Shown in pieces: positions 21,852 to 31,001 of a stretch of DNA of 35,383 nt. The notes under the pieces were generated by a model. The model was not told the DNA's origin. It made no database searches and saw only the letters and a program-made list of their open reading frames with translations. Position 1 is the first letter of the stretch. Every line of letters begins with the position of its first letter. The translations under genes and the position numbers were made by a program. Source of the stretch: Monoglobales bacterium (GTDB taxonomy: Bacteria; Bacillota; Clostridia; RUG12999); NCBI GenBank assembly GCA_041678125.1, contig JBAYOS010000001.1, positions 1 through 35,383 on the forward strand, given 5' to 3'.

Positions 21852-24800
21852 TTAGAAATTTAATTGTACACCAAGATTAAATGTTCGTTGCAAAGGATAC
21901 GAATTCCAGCTGAGTTCAGGATCCCAATGTTTGAATGGACTGAATACGAATAGATTGTCTCCGTTGAGAAATACGCGTCCATATTTAAACCTATATCCGA
22001 TTTCAAGTGTTTTGAAACGGAGAAAATTTCCATTTCTCATCCAATATGTACTTGCAACCTGATTGTTTTTGGTATCGGTATCGTTCAGCCCGAGCCTTGG
22101 ATATTGAGCATTTGCATTTTGGTTCGACTCAGCCCAATGATCATCCGCAATGAATTGGAAAATATTATGGTCATGTTGTCCGAAGGGATGAATATTTTGA
22201 ATCATAATCCTGCGCATGGCTGAACCATTGAAAAAGACTCCAACATCAAATTTTTTCCATGTGAGAGTTGTGCCGAACCCGTATTGTATGCGCGGTTGTG
22301 TACCGAGATTGGAAATATAAGCTTGATCGTATTCGTTGATAACCCCATCACCGTTTAGATCGCGGTATTTGATGTCGCCTACCATGGGTGTGCTTCCGAG
22401 TTCCTGCCGTGCATGGTTGTCAATCTCGTCCTGATTAGTAAAAAGTCCTTCGGCGACATAGCCATACATTGTACTAAGAGGACGTCCTGTTTCCACCAAC
22501 CAAGGGTACGGATGTTCTATTTCATCTTTAAACACATATTTGTTTTGCGTGTAGGTAAAGTTACCACGTATATCCAAGGTCAGGTCTTTTGCCAGTCGCG
22601 CCGTATAGTTGGAGCTTACTTCATATCCCCAATTATTTACCTTGCCTATGTTGCTCCAAGGCATCGCGCTTCTGTAACCAAAGGAATTAGGCCATGTAGC
22701 ACGTTCCATAAGTATATTGTAACGATGTTCATGAAAATAGTCGAATGTAAGATGCCAATCCTTGAATAAAAAAATATCCAAACCAATATCGAGTTTTCTG
22801 GAACGTTCCCAGCCCGCTCCGGAAACCGGATAACGATTAATAGTCGGTCCGCCTTTCCATACATTCCATTCGTCGCCTGTTGTAAAACCGCGGTTTGCCA
22901 AGGTTACATTTTCTATGTATAAGAAGCGCGATGGATATGTAAGGTCGTCGCTTCCTATCAATCCATACGAAGCTCGCAACTTCAAATGCGTTACCATTTC
23001 ATTGATTGGAACGAAGAAATTTTCGTTGCTGACTACCCAACCCAACGATACTGCCGGAAAGAGTTCAAACCTGTTGTCTTTGTCAAGGCGTTCCGTTCCA
23101 TTGTAACCGAAGTTGACTTCGGCGAGATAACGCTGATCATAGTCGTAGGTAAAACGGCCGGAAATTCCTTGATTGCGTTCGGGAAGTACATTGCTTTTGT
23201 AATCACGCTGCATATACATCAACATACCACCTACATTGTGCAGTCCGAAGCGACGGTCGTACGCCAATTGAAACTGCATCATTATGGTGCGGTCGCCCGT
23301 TTTGGATATATTCGATTGAGAGATATAGTCTGTTCCTTCTTTCAGCAATTCGGTTTCAAATGTATTTTTATCGGGGTCGTAGCTTCCGCTTCTTACCCGG
23401 TAATAATAGGGTTCTATCGTTTGATTATATGAACTGTGAGAATAATTCTTAAAGTTGATTAATGCGTTGATGCTTAATCCAGAGGTTATGAATTTTAAAT
23501 CTTGGTCTATTTTAAGCGATGTGTTGATTGTGTTGATATCAGCTTGCTTAAATGAAGAAGCCATGTATGCATAAGGATTTGTACGCAAGTTTTGATTAGA
23601 AGTAAATGGCGCGCTTCCGAAACGCCTGTAAGTATCTCCCTCCGCCGCCGGGAAATAAGCCGGAAAATATACGGGATTAGTCGTCAACATCATACCGAAA
23701 AGTTCGCTTGTTGAATAGTTAGGCCCTTTGTTGTCGCGCACCTGCGCATTCATATTTAGGCGTATCTTGGTTGTAGGCGTGACTGTAATCTGAATATTAT
23801 TTTGGAAATTGTACGACATATTGTTGATGTTGTTATTCCAAGAATACAATTTTGGGGAATTGAGCAAACCCGCATCGTGGCTAACGTTAAGGCTTGTGTA
23901 ATAGGTAACTTTTGAGCCACCACCCTGTATATTGATATTGGCGCGTTGGCTCATAGCCATGTTTTTAAAAATGAGGCTGCGCCAATCAACATCCGGATAA
24001 ACATAAGGATTTATCCCATCGCGTGTAGCTAGAATATCATCTGTCGTATATTTAGGAACAGCATTGGGGTTGCGTGTGGTTTGTGCTTCCACATACATCC
24101 CCATCCAAGTAGCTCCGTCCGTAAATTCAGGAAAATTTACCGGTTTACTGAACGAATTTTCCAATGTAATATTGATATTTGTTTTGGTATTTTCCCTTCC
24201 TCTTTTGGTCGTAACCAACATCACTCCGTTGGCGCCACGCGCACCATAAATAGCTGTAGCCGAAGCGTCTTTCAATACAGAGAACGATTCTATGGTTTCT
24301 GCCGGAATATTATTCAGGTCTTCAGCCGAAATTTCTACATCATCCAGAATAATAAGCGGAGTAGTACGTCCTCCAAAAGTAGAAATACCGCGAATATAAA
24401 ACTGTGATGCCGATCCAGGCTCTCCACTGGTAGTATTGGCTATTACTCCCGCCAAACGCCCCGCGATGTTGTTGGTCAGCGAAGAGCTGGGATAACTCAA
24501 ACTCGAACCTTTTATCGTAGCGATTGAACCAGTAACGGAAACTTTCTTTTGAGTTCCTGCACCAACAACCACAAGTTCTTCCAACGCATTTTCGGATTTC
24601 AGTTTGATTTCGATAAATCCAAGGTCGCCAACCAATATTTCCCTGGTTTTGTATCCAATATAAGATATTTGCAGGATAGAGGAGCTTTCTACTTGTAATG
24701 AAAAATTACCTTCCAAATCGGTTGATACACCTGTATCTTCACCTTTTATCATTACATTGGCACCGATTAATGGGGTATTGTCTGAAATGTCTATTACTTT

Positions 24801-25160
24801 TCCTTTTAATCCCCGTTTTTGTTGCGGAGAAGCGTTTTCTTTAGAAGCAGGAGGTGTAGGAGCAGATATGATTACGTGCGATTTGTTAAATTTATAAGTA
24901 TATCCTGTTTCTTTAAATAACAAATCAAAGACTTTACTTACTTTGTTTGATTTTGGAAGAGATTTTATTTTATGATTTACATCAACACTGGAATCATAAT
25001 CAATCGATAAGCCTGTTTGTTTTTCGATTTGTTCAAATGCCGTCTTTAATGTAATGTTATCGCCTATTAATGTTACCATTTGCTCCTGTGCCATCAGGTT
25101 TAAAGGAGATAACATTACGGACAAAATAAATAGTAATGTGTAAATGATTTTTTTGTTCAT
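21852..25160 (-). CDS. SusC/RagA-family TonB-dependent transporter with an N-terminal STN signalling domain and a carboxypeptidase-regulatory-like domain
   Basis: The STN-like block is ITLKTAFEQIEKQTGLSIDYD..KVFDLLFKETGYTYKF. The CarbopepD_reg-like block is LKGKVIDISDNTPLIGANVMIKG..TDLEGNFSL. It is 1102 aa with the terminal ..FNLGVQLNF. Confidence 0.9.
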   Translation of the reverse strand: MNKKIIYTLLFILSVMLSPLNLMAQEQMVTLIGDNITLKTAFEQIEKQTGLSIDYDSSVDVNHKIKSLPKSNKVSKVFDLLFKETGYTYKFNKSHVIISAPTPPASKENASPQQKRGLKGKVIDISDNTPLIGANVMIKGEDTGVSTDLEGNFSLQVESSSILQISYIGYKTREILVGDLGFIEIKLKSENALEELVVVGAGTQKKVSVTGSIATIKGSSLSYPSSSLTNNIAGRLAGVIANTTSGEPGSASQFYIRGISTFGGRTTPLIILDDVEISAEDLNNIPAETIESFSVLKDASATAIYGARGANGVMLVTTKRGRENTKTNINITLENSFSKPVNFPEFTDGATWMGMYVEAQTTRNPNAVPKYTTDDILATRDGINPYVYPDVDWRSLIFKNMAMSQRANINIQGGGSKVTYYTSLNVSHDAGLLNSPKLYSWNNNINNMSYNFQNNIQITVTPTTKIRLNMNAQVRDNKGPNYSTSELFGMMLTTNPVYFPAYFPAAEGDTYRRFGSAPFTSNQNLRTNPYAYMASSFKQADINTINTSLKIDQDLKFITSGLSINALINFKNYSHSSYNQTIEPYYYRVRSGSYDPDKNTFETELLKEGTDYISQSNISKTGDRTIMMQFQLAYDRRFGLHNVGGMLMYMQRDYKSNVLPERNQGISGRFTYDYDQRYLAEVNFGYNGTERLDKDNRFELFPAVSLGWVVSNENFFVPINEMVTHLKLRASYGLIGSDDLTYPSRFLYIENVTLANRGFTTGDEWNVWKGGPTINRYPVSGAGWERSRKLDIGLDIFLFKDWHLTFDYFHEHRYNILMERATWPNSFGYRSAMPWSNIGKVNNWGYEVSSNYTARLAKDLTLDIRGNFTYTQNKYVFKDEIEHPYPWLVETGRPLSTMYGYVAEGLFTNQDEIDNHARQELGSTPMVGDIKYRDLNGDGVINEYDQAYISNLGTQPRIQYGFGTTLTWKKFDVGVFFNGSAMRRIMIQNIHPFGQHDHNIFQFIADDHWAESNQNANAQYPRLGLNDTDTKNNQVASTYWMRNGNFLRFKTLEIGYRFKYGRVFLNGDNLFVFSPFKHWDPELSWNSYPLQRTFNLGVQLNF

Positions 25161-25286
25161 GATATAAGAATTATATTATTAAAAAGTCAATACAATTTTG
25201 TTTGATTTATTCAGAAATTCCTATAAATCAAAAGCTCATTGTTTTTTATCCATCCCTGATATTTTCCATATTCGTTTCAATTAAGA

Positions 25287-25395
25287 AGCCCCTCCAAACC
25301 TCAAGCCCCCTCTAATTCTTGGCTTTGCCAAGCGCGTAGCGTTACCTCCACAAGGGGAGAACTCGAAGTTTCTGAAATTTTCTGAGGCTTTTGTT
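25287..25395 (+). repeat. Repeat family B, copy 2 (divergent)
   Basis: It shares cccc..caaacc..cccc, ..ctccacaaggggag.. and ..ctgaggctttt with B1 and B3. The central cttcggg is replaced by the hairpin cttggctttgccaag. Confidence 0.55.
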
Positions 25396-25673
25396 AGACT
25401 TAATACAATTAACTAAACAACACCTTTTTTATACCTTTTAATATAGAATGATAGTTTGATTTTTATCCTTCATATTATAAAGTAAGTTTAAACGCAATTT
25501 ACACACAGTCCAATCATTCATTTTTTTCATTTTTATTTGATTTTGTATTCTTGAATAGTTTCAAAAAGGATAATTTTGCATTGATTTTGAATGATTTGGT
25601 TGTTTTTTCTGCAAAATAAAAAATATTTGATTTGGATATAAAAATCTAATAAAGATTTCTATAATCATTTTAA

Positions 25674-25886
25674 GGGGCTTTGCCCCTGTAACCCCACTTC
25701 ATTTTTTGCCTTGACGCAAAAAACGAAGCAAAAAAAGTCAAGACTACGCCCGCTTCGCTCGAAAAATTGGCGTTCGTTGGCTAAAATTCTCAAACTCGCT
25801 CCTTTGTCGCTCAAACAGTGAGTATTTTTTACGCCAACTTCACTGATTTTTCGGCTCACCGGACGAGGTCGGTCGCTAAAGAGGGA
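25674..25886 (+). repeat. Repeat family A, copy 2 (full length)
   Basis: See 4941-5128. Hairpin 1 spans 25697-25728. The basal helix of hairpin 2 is gttggc (25776-81) pairing with gccaac (25833-38). Confidence 0.85.
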
Positions 25887-25986
25887 CATCACAATGAAAC
25901 CGAGTCAAGAATATCAGATATTTATAAATAAAAAACCGCCGGACTTCTTAGCCTGACGGTTCGTTAAAATCAAATTAATCAACTTC

Positions 25987-26964
25987 TTATCTGAAGTGGA
26001 AATACACTTTCGAATTTTCTATTTGGTAGTCCGATTTGTCAATTAATATGGTCAAGACATCCATCGCATCCTGTAACGATTCATCGGGGTTGAATTTTAC
26101 ATAATAAGCCTGCTGGTTGATTTTTCCATCGTAATTAATTTCAACATTGTATTTCCGCTCAAGTGTTTGCACAATTTCATCGAAGCTCGCACCTTGGAAA
26201 ATCAGATAGCCATCTTCCCAAGAGGCCAACCTAACCGCATCGACATCAATAACGGATACTTCATTATTGCTATGCAAATAAACAAGCTGGTTGTTGGGTT
26301 TCAAAATGTACGCCTCATTCTCGGCCAAATTTATATCCACCTTTATACTGCCTTCTATCAACGTGGCTTTTGTGTATTGCGTGTTTGGATACGATTGCAC
26401 ATAAAATTTCGTTCCCAATGCCTCTATGTCGATATGTTGCGTTTTTACAATGAACGGTTTGTCGGGGTTTTTCGCTACGCTGAAATTGGCTTCGCCTGTG
26501 AGGAAAACGGTTCGGGTGTCGGCTGTGAATTTTTCGGGATAAATGAGTGTTGATCCCGCATTCACCGCAACGACCGTTCCATCCGAAAGCGTGATTTTTT
26601 TACTTTCGCCATACGAAACAGAAACCTGTGTGTATTCCAACGGCGCGGGAACAGCGACTTTGTAAGTTATATAAACCGTGCTTGCAATGAGCAGTGCAAG
26701 AATGGCGGCATAAGACGCGATTTTGAGAAAAACATTTTTCTTTTTCGGTTTGTCGCCGATACGGTGTTCTATTTTCTCCAAATCGTCCCAAGTTTGTTCG
26801 CTTACCACAGACGGACTATTTTCCCAAATATCTTTCATAGCTTCATCTTTTTCAGCCTGATTTTCGTCCAATCGAAACCATTTGGCGAAAAGAGACTGGG
26901 TTTTCCCCGAAGCTTCTTTTTCGAAAAAAGTCCGTACCGTATTTTTTACTTCATTATTGTTCAT
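25987..26964 (-). CDS. FecR-family anti-sigma factor (transmembrane sensor)
   Basis: 325 aa with a single TM segment (ASYAAILALLIASTVYITY). It has FecR-like and C-terminal DUF4974-like blocks and is paired with the ECF sigma and the STN-SusC. Confidence 0.8.
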   Translation of the reverse strand: MNNNEVKNTVRTFFEKEASGKTQSLFAKWFRLDENQAEKDEAMKDIWENSPSVVSEQTWDDLEKIEHRIGDKPKKKNVFLKIASYAAILALLIASTVYITYKVAVPAPLEYTQVSVSYGESKKITLSDGTVVAVNAGSTLIYPEKFTADTRTVFLTGEANFSVAKNPDKPFIVKTQHIDIEALGTKFYVQSYPNTQYTKATLIEGSIKVDINLAENEAYILKPNNQLVYLHSNNEVSVIDVDAVRLASWEDGYLIFQGASFDEIVQTLERKYNVEINYDGKINQQAYYVKFNPDESLQDAMDVLTILIDKSDYQIENSKVYFHFR

Positions 26965-27028
26965 AAATACCTATTTATAATATAGTAAGCAAACGCGCCG
27001 TTTACACACAAATAAAATTTTAAAAAAC

Positions 27029-27128
27029 ACCCCAAACCCCGACCTCTATCCCCCTTCGGGTACTTTCTCCAAAGGAGAAAGGAAAAGGAAAATAGATTTT
27101 GGGGCTTACAAACTATCTGAGGATTTTG
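27029..27128 (+). repeat. Repeat family B, copy 3, inserted between the sigma and anti-sigma genes
   Basis: The outer stem is ccccaaa (27030-36) pairing with ttttgggg (27097-104). The inner 8-bp stem is ctttctcc/ggagaaag (27063-81). Confidence 0.75.
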
Positions 27129-27185
27129 TTTGCATTCTTTTAATCATCTTCCTGTGTGAGAATTGTTTATCACGGGTGTTTCATA

Positions 27186-27740
27186 TTAATAAAAAAACAT
27201 GATAAATATTTTTACCACTTTCCTGAGTTCGGCCAATGCCGAGGTCAAATGATTTTCGACCGTGCGTTTGTTTATATTTAATTTTTCGGCTATTTCTGCA
27301 TTCGAAAGTCCTTCGACACGGCTCATCATATATACTTGTTTGCGTTGAGGTGGCATTTGGCTTACCGCAATGTCAATCATACATTGAAGCTGATTTGCAA
27401 AAACAAGTTCTTCCGTGCTTTCCGTGTGCGACGGCTTTTTCAGTTGTTCGGCTACAAATTTCTCATTTACAATCAAATGGTCGTAATAATTGCACACGGA
27501 ATTTTTCGCCATTTTGAAAATGTAGGCTTGAAAAGATTTGACTTCGGATAGTTTATTCCTGTCGTTCCAAATGCTTAGAAAAATATCCTGCGCCATGTCC
27601 CGCGCCAATTCATCGTTTTTAATGAATCCCTTCAGAAAATGCACCAATTTGGGCTGGTAATACAGAAAAAGCAACTCAAAGGCCTTCTGGTCGCCCCGAC
27701 TCAATGCTTTTATATATGTTATTTCAATTGTATTATCCAT
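27186..27740 (-). CDS. ECF-type RNA polymerase sigma-70 factor (Bacteroides expansion type)
   Basis: 184 aa, with a region 2 block (DMAQDIFLSIW) and a region 4 HTH (LSNAEIAEKLNINKRTVENHL). Confidence 0.85.
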   Translation of the reverse strand: MDNTIEITYIKALSRGDQKAFELLFLYYQPKLVHFLKGFIKNDELARDMAQDIFLSIWNDRNKLSEVKSFQAYIFKMAKNSVCNYYDHLIVNEKFVAEQLKKPSHTESTEELVFANQLQCMIDIAVSQMPPQRKQVYMMSRVEGLSNAEIAEKLNINKRTVENHLTSALAELRKVVKIFIMFFY

Positions 27741-27926
27741 TTGTTTATTAAAGTTTTATGATATACTCAAAAACTTTGTTTGGCGAAAGATTAAATCGTG
27801 AAAAAGGGAATTTCAAAAATACAATAAATTGTCTTTCCGTCAAGCAAAGATAGTTGATATATTTTTTAGAATAAAAATTTGTGGGGGCATTTCAAGTTGG
27901 CGTTTATTTGAAAACGTTTTTCCAAA

Positions 27927-28140
27927 GGGGCTGTCCGCCCCTGTAACCCCGACTTACTTTTTTCCTTGGATGAAAAAAGTAAGCAAAAAAATCAAGGCTA
28001 CGCCCGCTTCGCTCGAAAAATTGGCGTTCGCCGACTGAAATCCTCAAACTCGCTCCTTACGTCGCTCAAACAGTGAGGATTTCTTACGTCGGCTTTACTG
28101 ATTTTTCGGCTCACCGGACGAGGCCGTCCGATTAAGAGAG
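27927..28140 (+). repeat. Repeat family A, copy 3 (full length), ending 10 bp from the integrase stop codon
   Basis: Hairpin 1 spans 27953-27983. The basal helix of hairpin 2 is gccgac (28030-35) pairing with gtcggc (28088-93). Confidence 0.85.
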
Positions 28141-28149
28141 CCGGTTGGG

Positions 28150-29394
28150 TTATACAGGAATTTGTTTTTGAGAGGCATTACTGTTCCCAAATTTTTCTCG
28201 TAATATCCGCATATCATTTCCAATTTTCTTATCCAAAATCTTGGCATAATGCTGGGTGGTTTTCAAATTTGTATGTCCGAGCATCTTGGAAACGCTTTCA
28301 ATCGGAACGCCATTCGTGAGCGTAACGGTCGTAGCAAACGTGTGGCGGGCAATATGGAATGTCAATTCTTTGTTAATTTCGCAGACATCGGCGATTTCTT
28401 TGAGATAGGCGTTCATCTTCTGATTGCTCAAAATCGGCAACAAACGTTCCTGATTGTCGGCTTGCGGGTGGTCGCTGTATTTTTCAATGATAGCTTCCGC
28501 AATCGGCAACAACGGAATGCTGGAACGTGTGTCGGTTTTGGTACGGTTTACGAAAATCCATTTTCCGCCATCAACGCCAATGCTGACGTTTTTCTTAGTC
28601 AGCTTTTTAACATCAGCGTATGCAAGGCCCGTAAAACAGCTGAAAATGAAAATATCTTTCACTTGATTTAAGCGTTCGACGAAAAAACGCTTATCATATA
28701 AAACTTGAATTTCTTCTTCGCTAAGGAAAACACGCTCTACTTCTTTTATTTTTGGTCGGTAATTGATAAATGGGTCGCGAACAATCCAACCATTACCCAA
28801 ACAAATGCGAATTATCTTCCCAAAGTTTTTAATGTATTTCGCGGCGGTGTTCATATTGCAATTGCGAACCGTTTTCAAATAAAATTCGTAATTGGTTATA
28901 AATTCCAAATCGATTTTTCGAATATCAATATCGGAAATATTGTATTGGTGTTTCAAAAAATCAACGGTATGTTTCAAAGAAGTATTGTAGCGTTCGAGCG
29001 TGGCGGGAGAGTATTCTTTGCCGATTAGCGCTTTCACTTCGTCGTTATGTTTTTGGAAAATAGGTATCAACATATTGCTGCGTTTCTCAACCCCAAGAAT
29101 TTTATTCCGCATATTTTCGGCATTAATCGGTTCATCTTCCCGAATAAGCTGTTGCTGATAATCGTAAACTTTGGCTTTCAGCGCATCCAAATAACTGTTG
29201 GTTGCTTTCGATTCTGCCGAAGTACCTTTCATACAGCTTCCTTCGACCGACCATTTTTCAGGTGTCGTATAACGCTTGGTGGTAAACTCAATGCGTTCGC
29301 CATCGATTGTTACTCGAATGTAAATAGGAATTAATCCGTCTTTGGTGGTTTTTGCTCTTTTTGCGTAAAAAAGAATGGAAAGTTTTGTGTTCAT
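28150..29394 (-). CDS. Tyrosine site-specific integrase (IntDOT/NBU-type, with an N-terminal arm-binding domain)
   Basis: The N-terminus LSILFYAKRAKTTKDGLIPIYIRVTIDGERIEF is typical. The catalytic region is HIARHTFATT..LGHTNLKTTQHYAKI. Confidence 0.9.
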   Translation of the reverse strand: MNTKLSILFYAKRAKTTKDGLIPIYIRVTIDGERIEFTTKRYTTPEKWSVEGSCMKGTSAESKATNSYLDALKAKVYDYQQQLIREDEPINAENMRNKILGVEKRSNMLIPIFQKHNDEVKALIGKEYSPATLERYNTSLKHTVDFLKHQYNISDIDIRKIDLEFITNYEFYLKTVRNCNMNTAAKYIKNFGKIIRICLGNGWIVRDPFINYRPKIKEVERVFLSEEEIQVLYDKRFFVERLNQVKDIFIFSCFTGLAYADVKKLTKKNVSIGVDGGKWIFVNRTKTDTRSSIPLLPIAEAIIEKYSDHPQADNQERLLPILSNQKMNAYLKEIADVCEINKELTFHIARHTFATTVTLTNGVPIESVSKMLGHTNLKTTQHYAKILDKKIGNDMRILREKFGNSNASQKQIPV

Positions 29395-29587
29395 AAGTGG
29401 TAACCTTTTATGTGTTCAAAAATAAGTTTTCTTTGATTTTCTCACAAGATGTTCAATAATTGAACTGCTTGTGAATGAACACTTTTTGATAAAAATCGGT
29501 TAACTGAACTTTCGAAATCTTTTGGTAACCGAATTGGTCACCTACGGATTGACTTTAATTGAATATTTTGGTTTTTCTATAAAAACA

Positions 29588-29621
29588 AAAAACTCACAAA
29601 ATCAACGATTTGCGAGTTTTT
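29588..29621. terminator. A-tract / hairpin / T-tract, a bidirectional terminator-like structure upstream of the integrase
   Basis: aaaaactcaca..tgcgagttttt forms about 10 pairs with one mismatch and a 12-nt loop. Confidence 0.3.
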
Positions 29622-29854
29622 AACTTGTTTTGAATTACTGTTTGCGGAGAGAGAGGTCGGTGAACCTTTCCTCTTATATGCTTAAAAGTCAATGCTTTTA
29701 TTTTTCCAAACTTGTTATCGGTAACGATTTAGGCACAAAATTTAACACCTAATTGTCCACCTTTGACCTATGCTTGTCTGCATATATCTTGGGTTCAAAG
29801 ATACAACATATTTCTTAATAAACAATCATTCTGAATAAGAATAACTTAGCTCAG

Positions 29855-29900
29855 GTGCAAGGTGCAAGTCTATCTATATATAGATACTTGCACCTTGCAC
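29855..29900. repeat. 46-bp near-perfect palindrome in which each arm carries the tandem heptamer GGTGCAA GGTGCAA
   Basis: Positions 55-69 pair with 86-100 (15 bp) and 72-78 pair with 79-85 (7 bp), with a 2-nt bulge. Read directly from the sequence. Confidence 0.8.
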
Positions 29901-30015
29901 TTGTTTCTGACTTGTTTTGAAAAAATGCAGTATTTTATGTCATTAATGTAATCTCTTGCTATTAATAAGTTTAAAACTCATACTCCTTGCTTACTCGTAT
30001 TCTGAACGAAATCAC

Positions 30016-30023
30016 TATCTTTG
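30016..30023 (+). promoter_or_regulatory. Bacteroides -7 promoter box TAtcTTTG
   Basis: It matches the TAnnTTTG consensus exactly and sits about 255 nt upstream of the reductase-family gene. Confidence 0.5.
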
Positions 30024-30086
30024 CATCAGGTAAATAGATTTTTTACGGATTCGTCCGTTTTATATAACATAACGTTCGCTGAACGT

Positions 30087-30236
30087 CTCACCACGAAAAC
30101 TGGCACTTTTCATACAGACGAGACAACAGTCGCAATGTTCATACTATACGAAAGTATGGCGTGGGCTTGCCTGTTTCGTCTGTGGGTATGCCAGTACCTC
30201 GTGGTGGAATAGTGTGAGTTCCACGCTTTTTCTTTT
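30087..30236 (+). promoter_or_regulatory. Structured 5' leader: a roughly 120-nt nested hairpin followed by an overlapping terminator-like stem and a T-tract. Riboswitch/attenuator candidate of unknown class.
   Basis: Helices are 30089-96:30199-206 (8 bp), 30099-105:30189-195 (7 bp), 30114-125:30172-183 (12 bp), 30132-135:30167-170 and 30140-145:30153-158. The terminator-like stem gtggaa (30204-09) / ttccac (30219-24) is followed by gctttttctttt and shares 3 nt with the basal helix. Confidence 0.5.
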
Positions 30237-30278
30237 GAGGTACAGCGAGCAACAGTATAAACACTAAAATCAAGAAAC

Positions 30279-30809
30279 ATGGGAAAGATTAAAGTTTACA
30301 TTGCCGCTTCACTCGATGGATACATCGCTCGACCTGACGGAGATTTAGATTGGCTAACCGAATTTCCAAACCCCACAAAAGAAGACTATGGGTATAATGA
30401 AATGCTAACTTCTGTAGATACTGTTATCATGGGAGGAAGAACTTATCATGAATTATCATGCATGGATATTTTATGGCCATACAAGGATAAGAAAACTTTT
30501 GTGGTATCTCATAAAGCGATAGATACAAAAGAAAACATAGAGTTTATAACAGATAATATTATCGAACGAATATCTGATCTCAAAAATAGAAGCAGTCAGG
30601 ATATTTGGCTAGCTGGTGGTGGAGAATTAATCACCATGTGCATAAATGCAGGCTTGGTTGATGAGATGCAAATCTGCTACATCCCCGTAATTTTAGGTTC
30701 AGGCATTCCATTGTTTCCCAGCAACCCCAAAGAATCTAATTGGGAATTGAGAGAAAATATTGCCTACGCTTCCGGCATTATAAAATTGAGTTATAGACTA
30801 TTGAGATAA
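30279..30809 (+). CDS. Dihydrofolate-reductase-family protein (RibD C-terminal domain type, YwjB/YyaP-like)
   Basis: IKVYIAASLDGYIARPDGDLDWL, VIMGGRTY and IWLAGGGEL are blocks typical of the RibD_C family. Confidence 0.75.
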   Translation: MGKIKVYIAASLDGYIARPDGDLDWLTEFPNPTKEDYGYNEMLTSVDTVIMGGRTYHELSCMDILWPYKDKKTFVVSHKAIDTKENIEFITDNIIERISDLKNRSSQDIWLAGGGELITMCINAGLVDEMQICYIPVILGSGIPLFPSNPKESNWELRENIAYASGIIKLSYRLLR

Positions 30810-30861
30810 TCACGTATGTAGCATTTTGAAGAAATGGTTAGGTTTATTCGACTATTATTCA

Positions 30862-30869
30862 TACATTTG
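30862..30869 (+). promoter_or_regulatory. Bacteroides -7 promoter box TAcaTTTG
   Basis: It matches the TAnnTTTG consensus exactly and sits 133 nt upstream of the ABC-F start codon. Confidence 0.5.
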
Positions 30870-30892
30870 CAATCGAATTTAAAAATACTCTG

Positions 30893-30983
30893 ATGAAAAT
30901 AAACAATTAATAGTTGGTTTTAATTAAACCGACACCATAGAGTTCTACATACCTTCGGTTTAATCCGATTCCTCTTTGGAATC
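30893..30983 (+). promoter_or_regulatory. Candidate attenuator: a 5-codon leader ORF (MKINN, 30893-30910) followed by mutually exclusive hairpins
   Basis: Arm 1 (30913-20) pairs with arm 2 (30926-33). Arm 2 (ttaaaccga, 30924-32) can alternatively pair with arm 3 (tcggtttaa, 30955-63). A further hairpin gattcc/ggaatc lies at 30967-83. Confidence 0.4.
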
Positions 30984-31001
30984 ACTATTAATTGTTGCAA
31001 A

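Noticed and set aside
27741-29854. A tRNA gene or tRNA 3' end next to the integrase as an NBU-type att site
   Set aside because: I could not find a cloverleaf or a GGTTCGAATCC-type T-arm on either side of the integrase gene. The 3' flank is occupied by repeat A instead. GGTAACC/GGTCACC motifs at about 29399, 29524 and 29535 were noted, but they are too short to call arm sites.
30087-30207. Assignment of the leader to a known folate- or purine-related riboswitch class (THF, THF-II, ZTP)
   Set aside because: Only a superficial ACUGGC-like similarity to the ZTP 5' domain was seen. The overall rod-like architecture and loop sequences do not match the consensus structures as I remember them. It needs a covariance-model search.
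30021-30212. 63-aa ORF upstream of the reductase-family gene
   Set aside because: It starts at a TTG, has no recognisable motif, and coincides exactly with the nested hairpin. The region is better explained as a structured leader.
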